Below are positions 37,303-43,733 of a stretch of DNA of 43,733 nucleotides, in pieces. The DNA comes from a virus, in the IMG/VR virus record IMGVR_UViG_3300025010_000018; one strand, given 5' to 3'. Every line of letters begins with the position of its first letter. Position 1 is the stretch's first letter. Under the pieces are notes generated by a model. That model worked only from the letters and a program-made list of their open reading frames with translations. It ran no database searches and had not been told where the DNA came from. Both the position numbers and the translations under genes were made by a program.

Positions 37303-38302
37303 TAGTGGAGATTTTAAGAGTAAAGAGCAGATAATCTATGATGGTATGGAAAAGGCACCATTAGAATATAAAGAAGACCCATACAAAGAAGTTACGTTTG
37401 ATACCATGGTAGCAGAAATGATTCGCAGAAGAGACGCAAGGAGAGAAATAGAAGGGATTCCAAGCCAGATAGAATTGGCAATACAGACAGATACCCCAAT
37501 TATTATAGGACTGTTTGGAGACCAGCACATGACTGGAAAAGAGGTTGATTATGAGATGTTAAGAAGAGATGTACACTTCATCGCAGAGAATCCAAAGTGT
37601 TATACGATACTCGGTGGAGACGTGGTGGATGGAGCTGCATTCAATCCAGCACAAGACGATAAGATAGCCTCATTTACAGAAGAGAGTGCCATGGCTATTA
37701 AGATGTTTGATATGCTTGGCGAGGGAAGTATTATTGCAGCTTTGAGTGGGGACCATGACATGTGGGCAGAGAAGGGTGGGCCGACATTATATCAGACATT
37801 TAGGGAGAGATATCACACACCATTGATGCGAGGGTCTAGTGTTATCAAGCTGAGAGTTGGTGAGATAGATTATAAGATAGTTTGTGCTCATCAGTTACCT
37901 GGGTCTTCGATGTATAATAAGAGCCATAGTGAGAATCGAGAGAGTAAATTTGGAAGACAGGGAGCAGATATTTACGCAGGGTTCCATACACACTGTAAGG
38001 CACTTGCACAACAACCAGTGGATATAGCTGGAGAATCTACGATAATGCAAACCTATGTCGCAGGTGGGCCATATAAGCTAGCCGATTCATACTCTGCTAA
38101 AAAAGGGTATGGTAAGAAGGAGCAAAGTAACGAGGCAACTGTAGGAGCCGTATGGTTAGTCCTACACCCGTTCAGAAGAGAGGTAGAGGCCTTCTGGAGC
38201 ATGGAGAGTGCCAAGGAGAGGATAGAACCATACTTAACTGGGAAACTGAAATCTATTAAGTCTGTTGAACCTATAGAAATAATTAAGGAGATAGCACAAT
38301 GA
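37259..38302 (+). CDS. Calcineurin-like metallophosphoesterase
   Basis: GLFGDQH, GGDVVDG, SGDHD and GFHTH match the MPP motif series. The start is uncertain (GTG 37259 or ATG 37271). Confidence 0.7.
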   Translation: MKKSMPQQEGLIVNSSGDFKSKEQIIYDGMEKAPLEYKEDPYKEVTFDTMVAEMIRRRDARREIEGIPSQIELAIQTDTPIIIGLFGDQHMTGKEVDYEMLRRDVHFIAENPKCYTILGGDVVDGAAFNPAQDDKIASFTEESAMAIKMFDMLGEGSIIAALSGDHDMWAEKGGPTLYQTFRERYHTPLMRGSSVIKLRVGEIDYKIVCAHQLPGSSMYNKSHSENRESKFGRQGADIYAGFHTHCKALAQQPVDIAGESTIMQTYVAGGPYKLADSYSAKKGYGKKEQSNEATVGAVWLVLHPFRREVEAFWSMESAKERIEPYLTGKLKSIKSVEPIEIIKEIAQ

Positions 38303-38607
38303 CATACGAAAACTTTGAGAAGTATATACAGTTTGTAAAATATAGAAGAGAATTTCTTCATGGACTTGAGAACCTAATGGGTGATTACTTTGGTTCGTGG
38401 ATTAGTTTAGAAGGTGAATATGAGGAGAAGTATCTTGATTTGTTAAAAGATGTATTTAATGACAAAGAGGATTGGATATCATATTGGGTCTACGAGTTAG
38501 ACTTTGGGAAGGAAGCGAAAAAGGATACTATCACCGATAATGGGAAAAATATCCCTATTAAAACAATTAAAGATTTATACAATCTAATCAATGAAAAAAA
38601 TAACTAG
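38299..38607 (+). CDS. Hypothetical protein (102 aa)
   Basis: ORF track; ATGA overlap with the upstream gene. Confidence 0.55.
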   Translation: MTYENFEKYIQFVKYRREFLHGLENLMGDYFGSWISLEGEYEEKYLDLLKDVFNDKEDWISYWVYELDFGKEAKKDTITDNGKNIPIKTIKDLYNLINEKNN

Positions 38608-38722
38608 AACTCGCTGCTTGATATTTAGTAGGGTCGTAGGATACCTATCAGCTACTGACTTCTGGAATCCAGCCATGAAGCAGATGTTTATGGATAGGAA
38701 GTTCTTTAAGATGCCTAATTAA
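38591..38722 (+). CDS. Unlisted 43-codon ORF resembling the glycyl-radical C-terminus of class III ribonucleotide reductase NrdD; a mini-gene or a gene remnant
   Basis: Hand translation MKKITRTRCLIFSRVVGYLSATDFWNPAMKQMFMDRKFFKMPN; compare the NrdD consensus SR(V/I)xGY...WNxGKxxEFxDRK. Confidence 0.4.
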   Translation: MKKITRTRCLIFSRVVGYLSATDFWNPAMKQMFMDRKFFKMPN

Positions 38723-39079
38723 GGCCTGATAGTGGTGAGTACTCCGCAAATACCCATCACAACCAGTACTTAAATAGTCAGTAATTAGTCGTATAATAGT
38801 CGAATCAGATATGGAGTATAATATACTATGTAACTGAAATGCACCCAATTTGTCGGATGACTTATGATGGGTGGCTCTTAAAAATTTAATACACCAGTAT
38901 AGATACGCCGAAGTGGGTTTTATAACCCGATATGGAGTGCAGGTTTAAGTATCTGTTATACAACCAAAAAACGAGTAGTAGCCCTATAAATCTGAAAGTA
39001 ACGGGAAGACTCTGAAGCCGTGGCTAGGTTGGCTGGTGTATTGAGCTTTTAAGCTCGTTCATTAACAGGAGGTACTACA

Positions 39080-39349
39080 ATGGTAGAATCAATATGCAAT
39101 TTCTGTGGTAAATTCAGAAAAACCTACGCTTGTAGGTCTGTTGGTGTGGATTATGAATATCACGCCTGTCATAAGTGTATCCGTACACTTCCATTTCAAC
39201 TTGTTCCCATGGAGGAATATCATGAAGATGAAGCCGAAAGCGAACAAGAAGTGGAGGGACATAGACTACCGATACCTGACAGAACTACAGTCATACGAGG
39301 GTTTAAGCCCGAAAGAACTAGACATAGCAATGCACGGAATCTTATTTGA
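39080..39349 (+). CDS. Small zinc-finger protein (89 aa as drawn; the 3' end is uncertain)
   Basis: AGGAGG Shine-Dalgarno 7 nt upstream; CNFCG ... CHKC. Confidence 0.55.
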   Translation: MVESICNFCGKFRKTYACRSVGVDYEYHACHKCIRTLPFQLVPMEEYHEDEAESEQEVEGHRLPIPDRTTVIRGFKPERTRHSNARNLI

Positions 39350-39566
39350 GGGAAAACGATACCCGTTATGTTATGTTTTCTGGGTAGATACACGCAAATA
39401 CCGAAAGGTATTAATCACCCTAACAGGTGAGACTGGAACGCTTATAGGAGATAACATCATTCCTAATCCGTCTCAGTACGTTGTAACTATTCATAGGGGG
39501 ATAGTAAGGATAGATGGTAGTAACAGAATTACAGATTTAGCTTTTAGCGTATTGAAAGGTGTGTAG
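39222..39566 (+). CDS. Hypothetical protein (114 aa)
   Basis: GGAGGA Shine-Dalgarno 5 nt upstream of ATG 39222. The listed ORF from 39105 has an implausible N-terminus that overlaps the previous gene. Confidence 0.55.
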   Translation: MKMKPKANKKWRDIDYRYLTELQSYEGLSPKELDIAMHGILFEGKRYPLCYVFWVDTRKYRKVLITLTGETGTLIGDNIIPNPSQYVVTIHRGIVRIDGSNRITDLAFSVLKGV

Positions 39567-39574
39567 TGCCTATT

Positions 39575-39640
39575 GAGGGGGTAGAAATGTGTATACTGGA
39601 GCTAATGCTTCGTAACAGACACAACCCCCTCTTTAGTTTA
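39575..39640 (+). terminator. Long imperfect hairpin (gagggggt ... accccctc) followed by tttagttta; terminator candidate at the end of the rightward block
   Basis: Stem 39575-39582/39624-39631 plus inner tgtgt/acaca; the 5' arm shares a 14-mer with the terminator at 19008. Confidence 0.4.
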
Positions 39641-39641
39641 T

Positions 39642-39694
39642 TGTGGATAACTTTGTGGATAACTTATTAATTTATGTGGATAACCTGTGGATAC
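39642..39694 (+). promoter_or_regulatory. Cluster of four co-oriented DnaA-box 9-mers (candidate replication origin or DnaA-titrating site)
   Basis: TGTGGATAA at 39642, 39654 and 39675; TGTGGATAC at 39686 (complement of TTATCCACA); AT-rich stretch at 39718-39747. Confidence 0.6.
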
Positions 39695-40000
39695 ATATTA
39701 CAAGACATTGCGCAGGTTAAAATAAGGAGTATATTTATATTAATGATACGCCCGATATCAAAAGTTTAATGTAGTTGATAGGTTCCTCGTTGGTTCTGGG
39801 CAGTTCCCAACAGCCTGTCAATTACATCAAGCCGTTGAGCTTGGGCGTGCGTAGGTACCCTATTAATCTACGAACAACACGAGTGACCTGGGGTCGCTAG
39901 GGAATAGGTGCAGAAGGCTTGAGAGTGTATCTTAATGAAAACACCGAGTAAACTACTGTATGGGTAATGGGAGAGGGTTAACAGCTGTTAGTTTTTGATT

Positions 40001-40029
40001 TTGCTCTTTGTTCTGATACTTCTTATAGT
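40001..40029 (+). promoter_or_regulatory. Weak sigma70-like promoter (TTGCTC, 17-nt spacer, TATAGT)
   Basis: Read directly; upstream of the G-rich leader and ORF 40129..40389. Confidence 0.3.
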
Positions 40030-40128
40030 CTTTTTTTTCGTTCTACTCCTTTGAGAGGGGGGAACCTATAGGAGGGGGGAGAGGGAAAGCCTCCACCGCA
40101 ATCCAGTTAACCTTACTTGTCGTTTAAC

Positions 40129-40389
40129 ATGAAGGTAGTTCCATTTGGTGAATGTGTTAGAGAGAGAATAGAAATCAGCCGAGAATATGGTTTGATTGAA
40201 TGTATTTCTGGCTTTTGGAGATTAACCGACAAATGTAAACGAAACTATGACTCCGAGAGTTACTTTGCTTATTTACGAGGAAGTTCAGAAACTCCAAAAC
40301 GATTGATAAAAGAAGAAACGCCGACAGGAATAGTTCTGAACAAGCGAGATAACAGGGAAGTATTGATAGAGTCTATACTGGTCTTATAG
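40129..40389 (+). CDS. Hypothetical protein (86 aa)
   Basis: ATG at 40129 preferred over TTG at 40117; converges on the end of the leftward operon. Confidence 0.45.
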   Translation: MKVVPFGECVRERIEISREYGLIECISGFWRLTDKCKRNYDSESYFAYLRGSSETPKRLIKEETPTGIVLNKRDNREVLIESILVL

Positions 40390-40783
40390 TTCGTATATAC
40401 CCAAACCTAGTTACGAAATCGTCTTTATTTATGAGATATAGTTCTGCTCTGCCACCGTCACCCCCTCTTGTGGTATAAAAACAATCTCTATTACTATCTA
40501 TATAAACCCTTAGGTCTTGTGTTCTTATACGAGAATATACAACCTGTCCTTGATAATGGAATATGTGTACCCATGCCATAGCTTTAGTTCCATCTATTCC
40601 AGAGGGTTTCCCGTTGCACCTGAATTCTATTCCAACATTGTTGGTCTCTTTAGAGAGCCTGTCATACTTGACTTCTAGGGTGTATCCGTCTTTGGAGATT
40701 AAATCATAGTCCTTAAAGAGTCCTTCCGTTGCTGTAAGAATTCCGAACTCCAGGGAAAGCTCCTCAATGATATAGTTTTGTGC
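40373..40783 (-). pseudogene. PD-(D/E)XK-like nuclease ORF (137 codons open) with no ATG/GTG/TTG before codon 69; possibly frameshift-dependent, non-canonically initiated, or decayed
   Basis: Hand translation upstream of the listed 68-aa ORF gives AQNYIIEELSLEFGILTATEGLFKDYDLISKDGYTLEVKYDRLSKETNNVGIEFRCNGKPSGIDGTKA in frame. Confidence 0.5.
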
Positions 40784-40784
40784 C

Positions 40785-41324
40785 CTAACTCCTAGGTTTA
40801 GGTCCTCTTGAAAAGAGTTTATTAGTGAATTTGTGTAAAATATCTGACACCCTTGCCTGTGAAATATGATATTTTTTGGCTAGGGATGTTTGTGTCTTAC
40901 CATTTTTATAATCTTCTCTTATCTGGTCGTCTCTCTTATTTTTAGCCTCTATAGAGCTGTCGTATTCAGTGTTTCTTAAAAGCTCTCTGACGGCATAATA
41001 TGAGAGGTGTAGCTTTCTTGATATTTTAGTTGTAGACATACCACCGTCTCTTAATTCTTTAATCTCGGATATTCTTGGAGAGTAATCTCGTTTAATCAAT
41101 CTTTTGGTCTTTGCTTCTCGTAGGGCGTTAGATACCTCCTTATAATCTGGCATTCTTCTTAGTTTCTGATATATATTCTCTCTGGTTGTATTGCTCTTTC
41201 TGGCTATTTCTGAAACAGGTACGCTGCTCAAATAATCGTTCACCATGTCCTCTGTGGTATACTTGTTTGATTTGTCTGCCATTAAGACTTGTGCCTTAGA
41301 GAATCTTATTCTGTCTTCTTCCAT
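40785..41324 (-). CDS. DNA-binding protein with three helix-turn-helix units (179 aa)
   Basis: VSEIARKSNTTRENIYQKLRR, STTKISRKLHLSYYAVRELLR and TQTSLAKKYHISQARVSDILHK. Confidence 0.65.
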   Translation of the reverse strand: MEEDRIRFSKAQVLMADKSNKYTTEDMVNDYLSSVPVSEIARKSNTTRENIYQKLRRMPDYKEVSNALREAKTKRLIKRDYSPRISEIKELRDGGMSTTKISRKLHLSYYAVRELLRNTEYDSSIEAKNKRDDQIREDYKNGKTQTSLAKKYHISQARVSDILHKFTNKLFSRGPKPRS

Positions 41325-41529
41325 GCTTTTGCTCTGTTAATTTAATTCCATTCTTGAGTTTAATATCGTCTTCATAGAGTTCAAACTCCATCGAATTCGC
41401 TTTCCTGATTGCTCCAGAGAGTGTCCTATACTCACCTATTAGCTTCAAACTATTTTCGTCAAGAATATCAGTAAGGTAGCACACCTGGAACTTATTTTTT
41501 ACTGGTTTTATTAATATTCCGTTATTCAT
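41296..41529 (-). CDS. Hypothetical protein (77 aa)
   Basis: ORF track; overlaps the downstream gene by 29 nt. Confidence 0.5.
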   Translation of the reverse strand: MNNGILIKPVKNKFQVCYLTDILDENSLKLIGEYRTLSGAIRKANSMEFELYEDDIKLKNGIKLTEQKHGRRQNKIL

Positions 41530-41546
41530 TTTGTTTACTTCTAAAC

Positions 41547-42143
41547 TTAATTACTCTCCTTACTTAATAATCTCTCTATTTTCTCTTTGGTATCTTTATA
41601 AATCCCCCAGTCTTTTCCTGCTACAACTTCAAAGGCTGTTAGAAGTGTACTTATAAATTCTAGTTCCTCTGGTGTAAACTGTTCTCTTTCCTTTAGTAAT
41701 CCCTCAATAAAATCTATTAACCCTTTCATGCTCTTTCTATAACCTAATATTGTCGTGTTCTCTGTGTCAGAGAAGTACCTTATTAGTGTTACCCTCCAGT
41801 CTTCCCTTTCAATCTTCTTCCAATCCTCATTAGCTTTCTCTGGTTTCAACAACTCACTCAATGAAGATAATCCATTTTTGTTAAGATGTTCGTGCAATTC
41901 TTCATCACCTTTTAACCCTGTATCAACACCATAAGCCTTCTCTATCTTTTTTATCATATTGTTAGCTTTTTTAACCCTAGTCTTCCTCTCTGGTTGCTCT
42001 TGGGAATTCAATCGGTCTTGATTATATGCTTCTACTAATTCGTTTATCTTATCTACTATCTCAACACACCTATCTAATAATAATATTTCACCAATTTGGA
42101 AATCTTCTTCTCCTAGTCTTTTTAACTTCTCAATCTTATCCAT
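41547..42143 (-). CDS. Hypothetical protein (198 aa) sharing its first 52 residues with 42599..43249
   Basis: The N-terminal 156 nt lie inside the 641-bp repeat. Confidence 0.6.
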   Translation of the reverse strand: MDKIEKLKRLGEEDFQIGEILLLDRCVEIVDKINELVEAYNQDRLNSQEQPERKTRVKKANNMIKKIEKAYGVDTGLKGDEELHEHLNKNGLSSLSELLKPEKANEDWKKIEREDWRVTLIRYFSDTENTTILGYRKSMKGLIDFIEGLLKEREQFTPEELEFISTLLTAFEVVAGKDWGIYKDTKEKIERLLSKESN

Positions 42144-42168
42144 CTTTTTATCTTAATAAATTAAATAG

Positions 42169-42193
42169 AGCCGTGTCGGGTCAATGAACGGCT
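42169..42193 (-). terminator. Hairpin (AGCCGU ... ACGGCU) starting at the stop codon of the 67-aa gene, followed by CUAUUUAAUUUAUU; a second copy lies at 43275-43299
   Basis: 6-bp stem, 13-nt loop, U/A-rich tail; could be a terminator or a processing site. Confidence 0.3.
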
Positions 42194-42395
42194 AGATTTC
42201 TACACCACCGATTCTTATTTTTCCATCACCATCCCCTTCGAGGGATTCCTCACTATCATATATATGTTGTACACGATAACCATGTGTAAAGAACGAATCA
42301 TCAGAAGAAGAATGAGATTTTGTATCAATCGTGCTAATAGTCGTAAGTCCAATGACAAGAATAAAAGCCATTACATATATCATCCATTCTTTCAT
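42192..42395 (-). CDS. Small N-terminally anchored membrane or secreted protein (67 aa), copy 1
   Basis: MKEWMIYVMAFILVIGLTTIS hydrophobic start; identical to the 43298..43501 product. Confidence 0.6.
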   Translation of the reverse strand: MKEWMIYVMAFILVIGLTTISTIDTKSHSSSDDSFFTHGYRVQHIYDSEESLEGDGDGKIRIGGVEI

Positions 42396-42407
42396 TTCCC
42401 CTCTCCT

Positions 42408-42596
42408 TTACTTAACTAATTTATATACGATTAAAATTCCAAATTCATTTTGATTTATAACGACAAACTCCTGTATATTATTTTTATTAAGAAATTTTAC
42501 TAGTTTCTGCGAAGCCATCTCTCCAAACTCATACATTGGCGAACTAGATAGTATTGTATGCTCGAATGATTTGGCGTGCCATATTATCTTCTTCAT
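42408..42596 (-). CDS. Small cytoplasmic protein (62 aa), copy 1
   Basis: Identical to the 43514..43702 product; AGGAGAGGG Shine-Dalgarno upstream of the downstream partner. Confidence 0.6.
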   Translation of the reverse strand: MKKIIWHAKSFEHTILSSSPMYEFGEMASQKLVKFLNKNNIQEFVVINQNEFGILIVYKLVK

Positions 42597-42598
42597 AT

Positions 42599-43249
42599 TT
42601 ACTCTCCTTTCTCTTTAAGGTTAGATATTATCTTGTTAAATGTCCTCTCGGATAGTAGTTGGGATATAAAATCTAATACTAATCCCTCCCTTTCATCTTC
42701 CGACACCAAACCCTGTTGTAGGTTTATATCAAAATCACCATTTAGTTTCCTATATCTTTCTCTCCACTCCTCTTGCTTCTCTGATTCAACTAATGGTTCT
42801 GTATTTAATTCTTTTAACTCCCCTTTCTTCCCTCTAAATATAACATCCTCATTATGTTCAACCTTTTCCAACTCTGATTTAAAATCTATATTCTTTGCTA
42901 CTACTCCCCCTTGCTTCTCTGGTTCTGTTGAACAGGTTGTTGTGCTTGTAGGAAAGTCTCCTATATAGGTTGTTGTTGATTCTGGTATTACAGTTCCCTC
43001 TGGATTAGAGTTTACATATTCTTTCCCCTCTGGTTGCTCACTTTGTTGACATCTTTTCTCTTTAGGCAACAAGCTATCCTCTTTTGTTGACATCTCTGGT
43101 TGCTCTTGGGAATTCAATCGGTCTTGATTATATGCTTCTACTAATTCGTTTATCTTATCTACTATCTCAACACACCTATCTAATAATAATATTTCACCAA
43201 TTTGGAAATCTTCTTCTCCTAGTCTTTTTAACTTCTCAATCTTATCCAT
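42599..43249 (-). CDS. Chimeric hypothetical protein (216 aa): N-terminus as in 41547..42143, C-terminal codons as in 99..299
   Basis: Both ends lie inside copies of the 641-bp repeat; the unique middle is 42628-43092. Confidence 0.55.
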   Translation of the reverse strand: MDKIEKLKRLGEEDFQIGEILLLDRCVEIVDKINELVEAYNQDRLNSQEQPEMSTKEDSLLPKEKRCQQSEQPEGKEYVNSNPEGTVIPESTTTYIGDFPTSTTTCSTEPEKQGGVVAKNIDFKSELEKVEHNEDVIFRGKKGELKELNTEPLVESEKQEEWRERYRKLNGDFDINLQQGLVSEDEREGLVLDFISQLLSERTFNKIISNLKEKGE

Positions 43250-43297
43250 CTTTTTATCTTAATAAATTAAATAGAGCCGTGTCGGGTCAATGAACGG

Positions 43298-43501
43298 CTA
43301 GATTTCTACACCACCGATTCTTATTTTTCCATCACCATCCCCTTCGAGGGATTCCTCACTATCATATATATGTTGTACACGATAACCATGTGTAAAGAAC
43401 GAATCATCAGAAGAAGAATGAGATTTTGTATCAATCGTGCTAATAGTCGTAAGTCCAATGACAAGAATAAAAGCCATTACATATATCATCCATTCTTTCA
43501 T
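43298..43501 (-). CDS. Small N-terminally anchored membrane or secreted protein (67 aa), copy 2
   Basis: Same protein as 42192..42395. Confidence 0.6.
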   Translation of the reverse strand: MKEWMIYVMAFILVIGLTTISTIDTKSHSSSDDSFFTHGYRVQHIYDSEESLEGDGDGKIRIGGVEI

Positions 43502-43513
43502 TTCCCCTCTCCT

Positions 43514-43702
43514 TTACTTAACTAATTTATATACGATTAAAATTCCAAATTCATTTTGATTTATAACGACAAACTCCTGTATATTATTTTTATTAAGAAA
43601 TTTTACTAGTTTCTGCGAAGCCATCTCTCCAAACTCATACATTGGCGAACTAGATAGTATTGTATGCTCGAATGATTTGGCGTGCCATATTATCTTCTTC
43701 AT
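43514..43702 (-). CDS. Small cytoplasmic protein (62 aa), copy 2
   Basis: Same protein as 42408..42596. Confidence 0.6.
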   Translation of the reverse strand: MKKIIWHAKSFEHTILSSSPMYEFGEMASQKLVKFLNKNNIQEFVVINQNEFGILIVYKLVK

Positions 43703-43733
43703 ATTTACTCTCCTTTCTCTTTAAGGTTAGATA

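Larger units (their letters stand above)
41987..42627. repeat. 641-bp direct repeat, copy 1
   Basis: Identical by eye to 43093-43733 (offset 1106 bp). Confidence 0.9.
43093..43733. repeat. 641-bp direct repeat, copy 2 (its last 127 nt are also window positions 1-127)
   Basis: Identical by eye to 41987-42627. Confidence 0.9.

Noticed and set aside
38299-38722. A full or split nrdD gene, or a group I intron as in T4 nrdD
   Set aside because: The 102-aa upstream ORF has no resemblance to NrdD, a stop codon sits two codons upstream of the mini-ORF's ATG in its frame, and I see no intron-like P7/P3 core. Only the orphan C-terminal motif is reported.
38648-38848. Minus-strand ORF of 66 aa in the spacer after the NrdD-like mini-ORF
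   Set aside because: It is antisense to the direction of the whole rightward block, has no ribosome-binding site, and overlaps the NrdD-like frame.
39105-39221. Listed start of the 153-aa ORF at 39105
   Set aside because: The first ~39 residues are an out-of-frame reading of the zinc-finger gene. An internal ATG at 39222 with a GGAGGA site is a far better start.

Overview
The window is a complete tailed dsDNA phage genome. Bases 1-127 repeat exactly at 43607-43733, so the contig closes on itself and the unique length is about 43.6 kb. The layout is podovirus-like: I see no tape measure, sheath or tube genes.

Genome organisation:
- A rightward block (7950-39566) starts at a near-consensus sigma70-type promoter (7894-7922). 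It encodes small regulators, terminase small and large subunits, portal, scaffold, decoration protein and major capsid protein. It then carries a beta-helix protein, a collagen-like fibre, a C1q-like fibre, a BNR/sialidase-like protein, a methyltransferase, a degenerate HNH ORF and a GT4 glycosyltransferase. The block ends with tail and ejection protein candidates, two peptidoglycan hydrolases, holin-like proteins and a metallophosphoesterase.
- A leftward block runs from about 7064 down through position 1, across the circular junction, to 40373. It holds many small early genes. These include an NTGxx pentapeptide-repeat protein, a NinG-like protein, a PD-(D/E)XK nuclease, an SSB-like protein, a triple-HTH protein and a duplicated small-gene cassette.

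I found no tRNA, rRNA, CRISPR array, integrase, DNA polymerase, primase or helicase.

The most unusual aspect is about 3 kb of ORF-poor, GC-enriched, stem-rich DNA in five blocks: 1279-1695, 4934-5833, 7065-7949, 38723-39079 and 39567-40116. Notable contents and related observations:
- paralogous stem-loop modules with conserved flanks;
- a promoter-driven untranslated RNA candidate of about 480 nt;
- an iteron-like repeat array between divergent promoters;
- four DnaA boxes;
- just upstream of 38723-39079, an orphan 43-codon ORF (38591-38722) that looks like the glycyl-radical C-terminus of the class III ribonucleotide reductase NrdD;
- a perfect 641-bp direct repeat (period 1106 bp) that creates chimeric genes;
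- a nuclease-like ORF with no canonical start codon.

All functional calls rest on motifs read by eye. No database search was run.
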